Source: Mizuhopecten yessoensis
Taxonomy: Eukaryota
NCBI RefSeq assembly: GCF_002113885.1
Contig: NW_018480034.1
Coordinates: 22,098-86,097 of the forward strand
Direction: 5' to 3'
Length of the DNA stretch: 64,000 nt
Position 1 is the stretch's first letter. Each line of letters opens with the position of its first letter. The notes beneath the pieces were generated by a model. It saw nothing but the letters and a program-made list of their open reading frames with translations. It was not told the origin of the DNA and made no database searches. Below, in pieces: positions 49,995 to 62,590 of the stretch. The translations under genes and the position numbers were made by a program.

Positions 49995-50230
49995 GGCCCA
50001 GTTGTTCAAAAGATGATTAGCTTAATCAGTGATTAGCGAACATTTTAATTTTGGTGTATCTTTATACAGAGCCATTGAATTAGTTACAACTTTCCAGGTA
50101 TCAAATATTTAATAGAGTAAATTTACATCCAAAATTACGAGTTTTTACCTTGTGTATTGACGAGATTATTAAAGGTTGAATAATGTTGTTAAACAGTGAT
50201 TAAGCTAACTAACTTTTGAACAACTGGGCC
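49995..50230. mobile_element. PIF/Harbinger-like MITE, 236 bp, perfect 18-bp TIRs
   Basis: CTG-[GGCCCAGTTGTTCAAAAG...CTTTTGAACAACTGGGCC]-CTG. Confidence 0.88.
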
Positions 50231-50294
50231 CTGATCTTATGAGGTATTTCTTAGATCCGGGTAAGGTTATTCTGATATAGACGCCTGGTAAATA

Positions 50295-53200
50295 TTCTCG
50301 TTGTTAACTCAATCAAATGGAGACTCCTGGTACAGATACTCATTGTTAACTCTATCAAATGTAGACTCCTGGAACAGATACTCATAGTTAACTCTATCAA
50401 ATGTAGACTCCTGGTACAGATACTCATAGCTAACTCTATCAAATGTAGACTCCTGGTACAGATACTCATTATTAATTCTATCAAATGTAGACTCCTGGTA
50501 CAGATCCTCATTATTAACTCTATCAAATGTAGACTCCTGGAACAGATACTCATAGTTAACTCTATCAAATGTAGACTCCCGGAACAGATACTCATTGTTA
50601 ACTCTATCAAAGGTAGACTCCTGGTACAGATACTCATAGCTAACTCTATCAAATGTAGATTCCTGGTACAGATACTCATTGTTAACTCTATCAAAGGTAG
50701 ACTCCTGGTACAGATACTCATAGCTAACTCTATCAAAGGTAGACTCCTGGTACAGATACTCATAGTTAACACTATCAAATGTAGACTCCTGGTACAGATA
50801 CTCATTATTAACTCTATCAAATGTAGCCACCGGTACAGATACTCATAGTTAACTCTATCAAATGTAGACTCCCGGTCCAGATACTCATAGTTAACTCTAT
50901 CATATGTAGACTCCTGGTACAGAACCTCGTTGTAAACTCTATCAAATGTAGACTCCTGGTGCAGATACTCATAGTTAACTCTATCATATGTAGACTCCTG
51001 GTACATAACCTCATTGTAAACTCTATCAAATGTAAACTCCTGGTACAGATACTCATAGTTAGCTCTATCAAATGTAGACTCCCGGTACAGATACTCATTG
51101 TTCTCCTGGTACAGAACCTCATTGTAACCTCTATCAAATGTAGACTCCTGGTACAGATACTCATAATTAACTCTATCAAATGTAGACTCCTGGTACAGAT
51201 ACTCATTGTTAACTCTATCATATGTAGACTCCTGGTACAGAACCTCATTGTAAACTCTATCAAATGTAGACTCCTGGTACAGATACTCATAGTTAACTCT
51301 ATCAGATGTAGACTCCCGGTACAGATTATCATTGTTAACTCTATCAAATGTAGACTCCTGGTACAGATACTCATTGTTAACTCTATCAAATGTAGACTCA
51401 CAGTACCAGGAGTCTACATTTGATAAAGTTTACAATGAGGTTCTGTACCAGGAGAACAATGAGTATCTGTACCGGGAGTCTACAGTTGATAGAGTTAACA
51501 ATGAGTATCTGTCCCGGGAGTCTACATTTGATAGAGTTAATTATGAGTATCTGTACCAGGAGTCTACATATGATAGAGTTAACAATGAGTATCTGTATCG
51601 GGAGTCTACATTTGATAGAGTTAACTATCAAATGTAGACTCCTGGTACTGTGAGTCTACATTTGATAGAGTTAATTATGAGTATCTGTACCAGGAGTCTA
51701 CATTTGATAGTTAACTCTATCAAATGTAGACTCCTGGTACAGATACTCATTGTTAACACTATCAAATGTAGACTCACAGTACAGATACTCATTGTTAACT
51801 CTATCAAATGTAGACTCCCGGAACAGATACTCATAGTTAACTGTATCAAATGTAGACTGGTACAGATACTCATTGTTAAATCTATCAAATGTAGACTCAC
51901 AGTACAGCTACTCATTGTTAACTCTATAAAATGTAGACTCCTGCTACAGATACTCATTGTAAACTCTATCAAATGTAGCCTCCTGGTACAGATATTAATT
52001 GAACTAAATTAAGACTGCTGTAGACATACTCAAATGTTAACTCTGGGCACATCAAGTCATTGTTCACTCCTCTCTCCATGATAAATCAAAACAACACATG
52101 AAGATATTGGGATTGTTTCTTTTATTATTTCTGATACCTTATGTAAGCTTATTGTACTGGCAACATGAGATAACCAATACGTTAAAAGTATATTTAACTC
52201 TATCAAATGTAAAATCCTGGTACAGATACTCATTGTTAAATCTATCAAATGTAGAATCCTGGTACAGATACGTGCTGTTAACTCTATCAAATGTAAAATC
52301 CTGGTACAGATACGCATTGTTAACTCTATCATATGTAGACTCCCGGTACAGATACTCACAGTTAACTCTATCAAATATAGACTCCTGGTACAGGTACTCA
52401 TAGTTAACTGTATCAAATGTAGACTGGTACAGATACTCATGGTTAACTCTATCAAATGTAGACTGGTACAGATACTCATAATTAACTCTATCAAATGTAA
52501 AATCCTGGTACAGATACCCATTGTTAACTCTATAAAATGTAGACTCCTGCTACAGATACTCATTGTAAACTCTATCAAATGGAGACTCCTGGTACAGAAC
52601 CTCATTGTAAACTCTATCAAATGGAGACTCCTGGTACAGGTACTCATAGTTAACTCTATCATATGTGGACTCCCGGTACAGTTACTCATTGTTAACTATA
52701 TCACATGTAGACTCCAGGTACAGATACTCATTGTAAACTCTATCAAATGTACACTCCCGGTACCGATACTCATAGTTAACTCTATCAAATATAGACTCCT
52801 GGTACAGGTACTCATAGTTAACTCTATCATATGTAGACTCCCGGTACAGTTATTCATTGAACTAAATTAAGACTTCTGGTCAGATATTCATAGAACTATA
52901 TTAAGACTCCTGTAAACATACTCAAATGTTAACTCTGGGCACATCAAGTCATGGTTTACTCCTCTCTCCATGATAAATCGAAACAACACATGAAGATATT
53001 GGGATTGTTTCTTTTATTATTTCTGATACCTTATGTAAGCTTATTGTACTGGCAACATGAGATAACCAATACGTTAAAAGTATATTTAACTCTATCAAAT
53101 ATAGACTCCTGGTACAGGTACTCATAGTTAACTCTATCAGATGTAGACTCCCGGTACAGTTATTCATTGAACTAAATTAAGACGCCTGGTACAGTTATTC

Positions 53201-53690
53201 ATTGAACTAAATTAAGACGCCTGGTACAGATATTCATAGAACTATATTAAGACTCCTGGTACAGGTACTCATAGTTAACTGTATCAAATGTAGACTCACA
53301 GTACCAGGAGTCTACATTAGATAGAGTTAACTATGCGTATCTGTACCGGGAGTCTACATTTGATAGATTTAACAATGAGTATCTGTCCCGGGAGTCTACA
53401 TTTGATACAGTTAACTATGAGTATCTGTACCAGGATTTTACATTTGATAGAGTTAGCTATGAGTATCTGTACCAGGAGGCTACATTTGATAGAGCTAACA
53501 ATGAGTATCTGTCCCAGGAGTCTACATTTGATACAGTTAACTATGAGTACCTGTACCAGGAGTCTATATTTGATAGAGTTAATTATGAGTATCTGTACCT
53601 GGAGTCTACATGTGATATAGTTAACAATGAGTAGCTGTACTGTGAGTCTACATTTGATAGTTAACTCTATCTAATGTAGACTCCTGGGTA
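50295..53690. repeat. Satellite, 42-bp unit AACTCTATCAAATGTAGACTCCTGGTACAGATACTCATAGTT, with inverted blocks and interspersed unique modules
   Basis: Periodicity 42. Inverted blocks at ~51403-51625, ~51645-51712 and ~53302-53662. A further array lies at 55805-56275. Confidence 0.95.
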
Positions 53691-53789
53691 GATATTCATT
53701 GAACTAAATTAAGACTCCTGGTACAGATATTCATAGAACTAAATTAAGACTCCTGGTCAGATATTCATAGAACTAAATTAAGACTCCTG

Positions 53790-55798
53790 TAGACATACTC
53801 AAATGTTAACTCTGGGCACATCAAGTCATTGTTCACTCCTCTCTCCATGATAAATCAAAACAACACATGAAGATATTGGGATTGTTTCTTTTATTATTTC
53901 TGATACCTTATGTAAGCTTATTGTACTGGCAACATGAGATAACCAATACGTTAAAAGTATATATAATAAGGTGTTGTAAATTGTCACAAAATATAGTTTT
54001 CTAGTGATATAATAGGAAACATTTTTACTGCAAAAGATGGACCAACCACAGAACAGAATAACTGAGGAGAAAAACATAAAACATGTACAAAATCTCTCCA
54101 ATACATCAGAAATTATTATTATATCACTTATTATTGATAAAGACCCACCTTTATTGGTGCATAGGTAAGTAACAAACCTAAAATTGCAGATGAGAAAATC
54201 TGCATTTAAACCCTACATCAGATATTTCAGAGAAAATAAGACTCTCCTCTTATTTTATAAACTTTAGACCAAAAATGACAAATTTTTTTATGTATAAAAC
54301 AAACATTTCTATTTATAAAAATATCCTTTACGTTGAAATGAACACAAATGTTAACAAAAAAGTTGCAATTAATTTCTTGCGCTGATATAAGCTGATATAA
54401 CAATCAGTTTTAGACCAAAATTACTTATATTTCCATTTCATCATTCTTCAGAGAGCTGTAACGCGTTTAAATGTAGGTATGCAAATATTTTAGAGAAAAC
54501 TATTTTCCAACATTGTTTTTTATTCAAAAGGAACATCTCACTATAGGGGACAACTATTCAACCAATAAAAAGGACAAACAAAAATTTATAGTAGCATTCT
54601 TTTTTACAATTAGGCAAACTATGTTTTTTCTTAAATTTGCATAATGCTCTTCAAATTTTAAGTAGCGTGAATTTATTTTTCATTTTTTTTAAAGCATAAA
54701 ATCTTCTTTAACACTCATTTTAAAATGACATTTATCGGTAAACCTATTATAAATTGAAATTCAAACACAAAATTTTGCAGATTTAAACCCAGGGACTATC
54801 AACATGTCATCAAAACTCAGCTACTGTAAAGCTGTAGGTTCAATCACAAGCAGAGCTTTTTTGCAATGCTTAAATTTCAGATATTACCAGCAAATTTAGA
54901 TATGTTTTTAAATAAATAGATTGATTCTAGATGTTTCCTTAATTCCATTATAAAGATCAGGAATGTCACAATGTCATGTTCCTTGTAAGTTTGATGAAAC
55001 CTCGTCAGAATAAAAAAATATATAAATAAATTACATCATTTTGACATTTTTTCTAAGACTTAAAACTTAAAATTCAACTTTATCTAGATTTTCAGATTAT
55101 TAAAATAGTTGTTTTTTCTTTTTTGCAATGTTTACATTTCAGATAAAACCAGCAAATTGAGATATGTTTTTATATAAATAGATTGATTCTAGATGTTTCC
55201 TTAAGTTGTTTTGCTCCTATCCAGTATTTTATTAACCCTTTCACCACTGTAGACCATAATGGACTCATCCAGATCACGGGAGAATCTACTTAAGTTGCAT
55301 AGAGGTGGAAGGGTTAATTCCAATATAAAGATCAGGAATGTCACAATATTCCTTGTTAGTTTGATGACACCTCGTCAGAAAAATATATATAAATAAATTA
55401 CATCATTTTGACATATTTTCTAAGACTTAAAGAGCCAAAATGTCTGGATTAACAAAATTCAACTTTATCTAGATTTTCAGATAATTAAAAATTTGTTGAA
55501 CTAAGTAAGCATCCAACACTCATTTTATTTTAAGGGCATTCAATATGTCAGACATGGCTTGCTCTGATTATAAGGAAACGTTTGTAAACAATGAATATCA
55601 AAATAATGCAAATCATCTTACTGAATAAAAAACAAAGTGATCAATATACTCTTGTTCCCTTTTTTAAAATGTTAAGATTTTTCAAAAATAACAAACAGTT
55701 TCTGTGATTTAAGTTCGTAAGATTAAATGTCTTGCACAAACTTCGAAAAAAACCGAATCGGTATGAAGTAAAATTTTGTTTATGCCGAGACATAACCT
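53790..55798 (+). repeat. ~2-kb tandem segmental duplication, copy 1 (copy 2 at 57436-59527)
   Basis: Both copies start TAGACATACTCAAATGTTAACTC and end TATGCCGAGACATAACCT, and are colinear throughout. The first ~170 bp also occur at 52021-52193 and 52913-53085. Confidence 0.92.
55236..55313. mobile_element. 78-bp piggyBac-like mini-MITE (duplicate at 58969-59046)
   Basis: TTAA-CCCTTTCACC...GGTGGAAGGG-TTAA. Absent from the paralogous site at 54939. Confidence 0.8.
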
Positions 55799-55804
55799 TC
55801 ATAA

Positions 55805-56275
55805 CTCATTGTTAACTCTATCAAATGTAGACTCCCGGTACAGATACTCATAGGTAACTCTATCAAATGTAGACTCCCAGTACAGATACTCATAGTTAAC
55901 TCTATCAAATGTAGATTCCCGGTACAGATACTCATAGTTAACTCTATAAAATGTAGACTCCCGGTACAGATACTCATAGGTAACTCTATCAAATGTAGAC
56001 TCCCAGTACAGATCCTTATTTTTAACTCTATCATATGTAGACTCCTCCCGGTACAGATACTCATAGTTAACTCTATCAAATGAAGACTCCCAGTACAGAT
56101 ACTTATTTTTAACTCTATCATATGTAGACTCCCGGTACAGATACTCATTGTTAACTCTATCAAATGTAGACTCCCGGTACAGATACTCATAGTTAACTCT
56201 ATCAAATGTAGACTCCCAGTACAGATACTTATTTTTAACTCTATCATATGTAGACTCCCGGTACAGTTATTCATT
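55805..56275. repeat. Second array of the 42-bp satellite
   Basis: Same unit as 50295-53690. Confidence 0.9.
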
Positions 56276-56319
56276 TTCAACTTTATCATGGTGCAGATTT
56301 TCATTAACTCAATCCTCTA

Positions 56320-57436
56320 AGTACAGATATTCATTTAATCGAATTCAGACTCCTGGTACAGATATTCATTTAATCGAATTCAGACTCCTGGTACAGATAT
56401 TCATTTAATCGAATTCAGACTCCTGGTACAGATATTCAATAATTCAAATTTAGACTCTTGGTACAGATATTCATCGAACTAAATTAAGACTCCTGGTCAG
56501 ATATTCATTGAACTAAATTAAGACTCCTGGTACAGATATTAATTGAACTAAATTAAGACGCCTGGTACAGATATTCATTGAACTAAATTAAGACTCCTGG
56601 TACAGATATTCATTGAACTAAATTAAGACTCCTGGTACAGATATTCATTGAACTAAATTAAGACTCCTGGTACAGATATTCATTGAACTAAATTAAGACT
56701 CCTGGTACAGATATTCATTGAACTAAATTAAGACTCCTGGTACAGATATTCATTGAACTAAATTAAGACTCCTGGTACAGATATTCATTGAACTAAATTA
56801 AGACTCCTGGTACAGATATTCATTGAACTAAATTAAGACTCCTGGTACAGATATTCATTGAACTAAATTAAGACTCCTGGTACAGATATTCATTGAACTA
56901 AATTAAGACTCCTGGTACAGATATTCATTGAACTAAATTAAGACTCCTGGTACAGATATTCATTGAACTAAATTAAGACTCCTGGTACAGATATTCATTG
57001 AACTAAATTAAGACTCCTGGTACAGATATTCATTGAACTAAATTAAGACTCCTGGTACAGATATTCATTGAACTAAATTAAGACTCCTGGTCAGATATTC
57101 ATTGAACTAAATTAAGACTCCTGGTACAGATATTCATTGAACTAAATTAAGATTCCTGGTCAGATATTCATTGAACTAAATTAAGACTCCTGGTACAGAT
57201 ATTAATTGAACTAAATTAAGACGCCTGGTACAGATATTCATTGAACTAAATTAAGACTCCTGGTACAGATATTCATTTAACTAAATTAAGACTCCTGGTA
57301 CAGATATTCATTGAACTAAATTAAGACTCCTGGTCAGATATTCAATGAACTAACTTAAGACTCCTGGTCAGATATTCATTAAACTAAATTAATACTCCTG
57401 GTAATGATATTCATTGAACTAAATTAAGACTCCTGT
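56320..57436. repeat. Satellite, 35-bp unit GACTCCTGGTACAGATATTCATTGAACTAAATTAA, ~31 copies
   Basis: Periodicity 35 (56592, 56627...). Shares GACTCCTGGTACAGATA.TCAT with the 42-bp unit. Short runs also at ~51980-52020, 52850-52912, 53160-53260 and 53680-53790. Confidence 0.95.
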
Positions 57437-59527
57437 AGACATACTCAAATGTTAACTCAAGTCATTGTTCACTCCTCTCTCCATGATAAATCAAAACAAC
57501 ACATGAAGATATTGGGATTGTTTTTTTTTATTATTTCTGATACCTTATGTAAGCTTATTGTACTGGCAACATGAGATAACCAATACGTTAAAAGTATATA
57601 TAATAAGGTGTTGTAAATTGTCACAAATGTAGTTTTCTAGTGATATAATACGAAACATTTTTACTGCAAAAGATGGACCAAACCACGTAACAGAATAACT
57701 GAGGAGAAAAACATAAAACATGTACAAAATCTCTCCAATACATCAGACAAGAGGGAGGGCAACAGGTACAACCTCGGCCCTGGCCCTCCCCTATCCCTGT
57801 TCTCTACTATTTGGCGGGTTCCACTTATTATTGATCAAGACCCACCTTTATTGGTGCATAGGTAAGTAACAAACCTAAAATTGCAGATGAGAAACTTGCA
57901 TTTAAACCCTACAACAGATATTTCAGAGAAAATAAGACTCTCCTCTTATTTTATAAACTTTAGACCAAAAATGACAATTTTTTTTATGTATAAAACAAAC
58001 ATTTCTATTTATAAAAATATCCTTTACGTTGAAATGAACACAAATGTTAACAAAAAAGTTGCAATTAATTTCTTGCGCTGATATAAGCTGATATAACAAT
58101 CAGTTTTAGACCAAAATTACTTATATTTCCATTTCATCATTCTTCAGAGAGCTGTAACGCGTTTAAATGTAGGTATGCAAATATTTTAGAGAAAAACTAT
58201 TTTCCAACATTGTTTTTTATTCAAAAGGAACATCTCACTATAGGGGACAACCATTCAACCAATAAAAAGGACAAACAAAAATTTGTAGAAGCATTTTTGT
58301 TTTACAATAATTAGGCCAACCATGTTTTTTAACATTTTTGCTTAATGCATTTCATAATTCTATTCAAATTTTAAGTAGCGTGAATTCATTTTCAATTTTT
58401 TTAAAGCATGAAATCTTCTTTAAAACTCATTTTAAAATGACATTTATTGGTAAACCTAATATAAATTAAAATTCAAACACAAAATTTTGCCGATTTAAAC
58501 CGCGGAACTATCAACATTTTGTCATCGAACCTCTGCTACTGTGAAGCAGTAGCTGAATCACAAGCAGAGCTTTTTTGCAATGTTTAAATTTCAGATATTA
58601 CCAACAAATTTAGACATGTTTTTAAATAAATAGATTGATTCTAGATGTTTCCTTAATTCCAATATAAAGATCAGGAATGTCACAATGTCATGTTCCTTGT
58701 AAGTTTGATGAAACCTCGTCAGAATAAAAAAATATATAAATAAATTACATCATTTTGACATATTTTCTGAGACTTAAAGATCTAAAGTGTCTGGATTAAC
58801 AAAATTCAACTTTATCTAGATTTTCAGATTATTAAAACAATTTTTTTTTTCTTTTTTGCAATGTTTACATTTCAGATTTTACCTGCAAATTTAGATTTGT
58901 TTATAAATAAATAGATTGATTCTAGATGTTTCCTTAAGTTGTTTTGCTCCTATCCGGTATTTTGTTAACCCTTTCACCACTGTAGACCATAATGGACTCA
59001 TCCAGATCACGGGAGAGTCTACTAAAGTTGCATAGAGGTGGAAGGGTTAATTCCAATATAAAGATCAGGAATGTCACAATATTCCTTGTTAGTTTGATGA
59101 AACCTCGTCAGAAAAATATATATAAATAAATTACATCATTTTGACATATTTTCTAAGACTTAAAGAGCCAAAATGTCTGGATTAACAAAATTCAACTTTA
59201 TCTAGATTTTCAGATAATTAAAAATTTGTTGAACTAAGTAAGCATCCAACACTCATTTGTTTAAGGGCATTAACTATGTCAGACATGGCTTGCTCTGATT
59301 ATAAGGAAACGTTTGTAAACAATGAATATCAAAATAATGCAAATCATCTTACTAAATAAAAACAAAGTGATCAATATACTCTTGTTCCCTTTTTTAAAAT
59401 GTTAAGATTTTTCAAAAATAACACACAGTTTCTGTGATTTAAGTTCGTAAGATTAAATGTCTTGCACAAACTTCGAAAAAAACGAATCGGTATGAAGTAA
59501 AATTTTGTTTATGCCGAGACATAACCT
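57436..59527 (+). repeat. ~2-kb tandem segmental duplication, copy 2
   Basis: Colinear with 53790-55798. Carries a GC-rich ~75-bp replacement at ~57748-57821. Confidence 0.92.
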
Positions 59528-60090
59528 GTATATAAATAAGATAAATAGATTTTGACATATGTGCAGCAGTACGAAGGATTTCACATGAATGCTTAGAAAG
59601 TCCCTCAAAGTATGTACCAACCCATCCCTCTATCTATCTACTGGTAACGGTACGGAGTTGATATGGATGTATCTTAGGAGAAAAATCTAAAATCTTTCAA
59701 CATGACATGGTGCAGAGATATATGGCTAACTAAAGGTGTGAAAAAATATACATTTTATATAATTTCAACTTTAAAAACAATCTATTATCCTGCATAATTT
59801 GATATAAGTTGCAGTAAGTGTCTAGACTATATCTACCGATCAGTGATAAGTCTACTAATATATTCTACCATGTTATCTTCATAATATACTTTACAGGTAT
59901 CGGCAACGTGATAAAGATGTTCTGATAAAAGTGATCAAATAGTCCTTTACTAATAATCGCTAACATTGTATCATTTGCGTAGTCATACAGAATTTTGAGA
60001 ACACCATACGATTTTTATTCATTATTTACACAAACATTCATACATTTTCTTTAACATAATATTTACGACAAAAAAAGCATTGAGAAAATA

Positions 60091-60820
60091 CAGTGCCATG
60101 ATTTTGTGTTCCAAGTCATGATTCATTCCATATTCTAACTGCCACAGATCATTAATCTTTCACTGACTGTCATAATTCATGATTTGTTAGATTATCACAA
60201 ATCATTGTTTACCATTCAGTTCAAATCACGATAAATTTACCAACTGTCATAAATCGTGATTTGTTAGATTATCACAAATCATTGTTTACCATTCAGTTCA
60301 AATCACGATAAATTTACCAATCGCCATAAATCATGATTTGTAAGATTATCACAAATCATTGTTTACCATTCAGTTCAAATAACGATAAATTAACCAATTG
60401 TCATAAATCATGATTTGTTTAATTTTCATCAAGAATCACATTCTGTTTACGATCACAAATCATGATTTCTTTGTTCATCAATCTTAATAAATACTGTATA
60501 TGTAAAAATACAGTCAAATATTCACCCTTTGCCAGTGAACTCCATCTTCGCCGAGTGTAAATTTCACCCTTGACATGTAATTACTATATATTGTATGTTG
60601 TGCTTAACATCAACTGCCATGATAAATTCGCCCTCAATGGGGAGGGCGAGAAAGGGGATTGTTAAACTGCAGTGAAAATATCCGGGTTTACAGTAAATAT
60701 TTTATCAAAGAACATCAAAACGACGACTCCTTATAACTGGTCTTTACCAATCATGTTTGCCAATGGCTACAATCATGATTTGTACACAAATTCTCAGAAT
60801 CATAAACATGAATGGCACTG
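60091..60820. mobile_element. TA-flanked MITE with internal 77-bp tandem repeats and a nested second MITE (60494-60693)
   Basis: TA-CAGTGCCAT...ATGGCACTG-TA. 77-bp units from 60167 and 60244. Nested TA-CTGTA...TACAG-TA. Confidence 0.6.
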
Positions 60821-61065
60821 TATAACTTGAGGTCCCTTCAGCTCAAAATGGTCAGTCATGATAGCATCTAAAGGCTGCATTATGAATGGTCCGAATGTGA
60901 CCATGGGAAATCCCAATATTTATTTATTTTGTTTAAACAACAGGATCATGCAAAGCTTTCAACACAAATAATGGCACAATGTTTAACAGGTCACTGTCTC
61001 TCCAAAGTTTCCGATTAATTTAATATAAAACTTCAAATTAAAAAGATACCTTGAGCTACTATTGA

Positions 61066-61310
61066 ACTTAGAGGGCCTGTATACGTATCGCTCACATGGA
61101 TATTAAAGCAATCCTGGCAAATTATACCCAAAGTAGGGGGCCTACACCTACTTTTATAAAATGCTGAGTCAATGCTCCAGACCAATATTGGTCAAAATCT
61201 ACAGAGCCATTTTAGACAAGTAGACCTTTTAAAGGAAAAGTTGAAGTGGCAATGGATGTAAAATGGACACTACACCATGTTATAAGCTCACATGGTTCTG
61301 TGAGCTAAAT
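61066..61310 (-). mobile_element. Short degenerate HINE-type element
   Basis: AGAGGGCCTGTA...TATCGCTCAC ... GTGAGCTAAA, the same termini as 31168-32306. Confidence 0.55.
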
Positions 61311-62071
61311 ATGCTGATTTTTTTTCTTCTTCATATTTTGGCTTATTCTTGTACACAATCAGTTATGTGAAACTGCATTGATATTTTTTTAATCAAAATC
61401 TCAATATGTCAGCTTTTGCCATTTTTGTGTGAAACATCCTTTGTCCATCGGAACCACATTTGAGGCCCTATGATAAACACATGACCCAATATGACAGTTT
61501 TAAATGAATGGCAATCTGTTTTCTTTCAAACACAATGTACAGTGTCTAAATTGTTCTCATCAAATGCAACGTACAATGTCTAAAATATCTTCTTGAAAAC
61601 AATTTACCATCTTTAAGACTCTGTATAAAATCTTTTCAAAAACAATGAAAAACAGTGTAAACTGACAATTTGATCACAAACTTGTGGCCTGTTTATAGCT
61701 ATAACAAAGTAAAATCACGCTTTAGATACAAGATGTACATATTGGACCCTGCCTCGTTTAGTCGCCTGCTGTTCAAAATATGAAACACACAACATAGTAA
61801 CATAAATAAGTCATCATATAAATTCACATCTTTGCAATGAACGACTAATATACAATAGCAATATTTATTTTTTTATCAAGTAACAGTATATATATAAATA
61901 ATGAAACAATTTAACAAATACGTATATACATATATATTTTTAAAAGTTTGTTATGTCGAAGTGATTGCAAAAGCATCCGTCATCAACTTTCATACAATCT
62001 GTCAAGCCTGAATGCCAAATATCAAAACTTGTGGTACCATATCACCATAGGAAATATGCCCTGTATCATAT

Positions 62072-62100
62072 CACGGAATTAGATGTTATCTAAGTCCGTG
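62072..62100. mobile_element. 29-bp palindromic micro-insertion with 7-bp TSD
   Basis: ATCATAT-[CACGGAATTAGAT GTT ATCTAAGTCCGTG]-ATCATGT. Confidence 0.6.
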
Positions 62101-62249
62101 ATCATGTTCACATTCGCAAAGTCCATATTCCATGTTCAACTCAATATGTGATGATTTCAAACATTCAAGTCTTGGTGATTTTTTAAACTTTGGTATTTAT
62201 TTTTATACAATCCTTATGCATGATGTTAAAATTTACACAGCACCAATCA

Positions 62250-62590
62250 TCTGAATCCTTTAAATGTTTTTCATTCGTACGGACCCTTTGAATGTTTGTC
62301 ATTAGTCTAGATCCCTTGAATATTTGTCATTAGTCTGAATCTTTGCCAAAAGTCTTGATCCTTTAAATGTTTGCCATTAGACTTTAGTCTGAATCTTTTG
62401 AATATTTGCCATAAGTCTGGATCCTTTAAATGTTTGCCATTATACTTAAGTCTGAATATTTTTAATTTTTGCCATAAGTCTGGATCCTTTAAATGTTTGC
62501 CATTAGTATGAATTCTTTTGAATCTTTGCCATTATTTTGGATACTTTAAAAGTTTGTTATTATTCTGGATCCTTCAAATGTTTGTTTTGG
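62250..62590. repeat. Degenerate ~28-bp tandem repeat (TCTGGATCCTTTAAATGTTTGCCATTAG)
   Basis: Recurrent ATCCTTTAAATGTTTG and GCCATTAG cores. Confidence 0.7.

Noticed and set aside
50251-53620. Long ORFs such as (YQESTFDRVNYEYL)n and (SLHLIELTMSICTR)n
   Set aside because: By-products of a 42-bp (multiple of 3) satellite. Open in several frames and on both strands, broken by inversions, with no splice or gene context.
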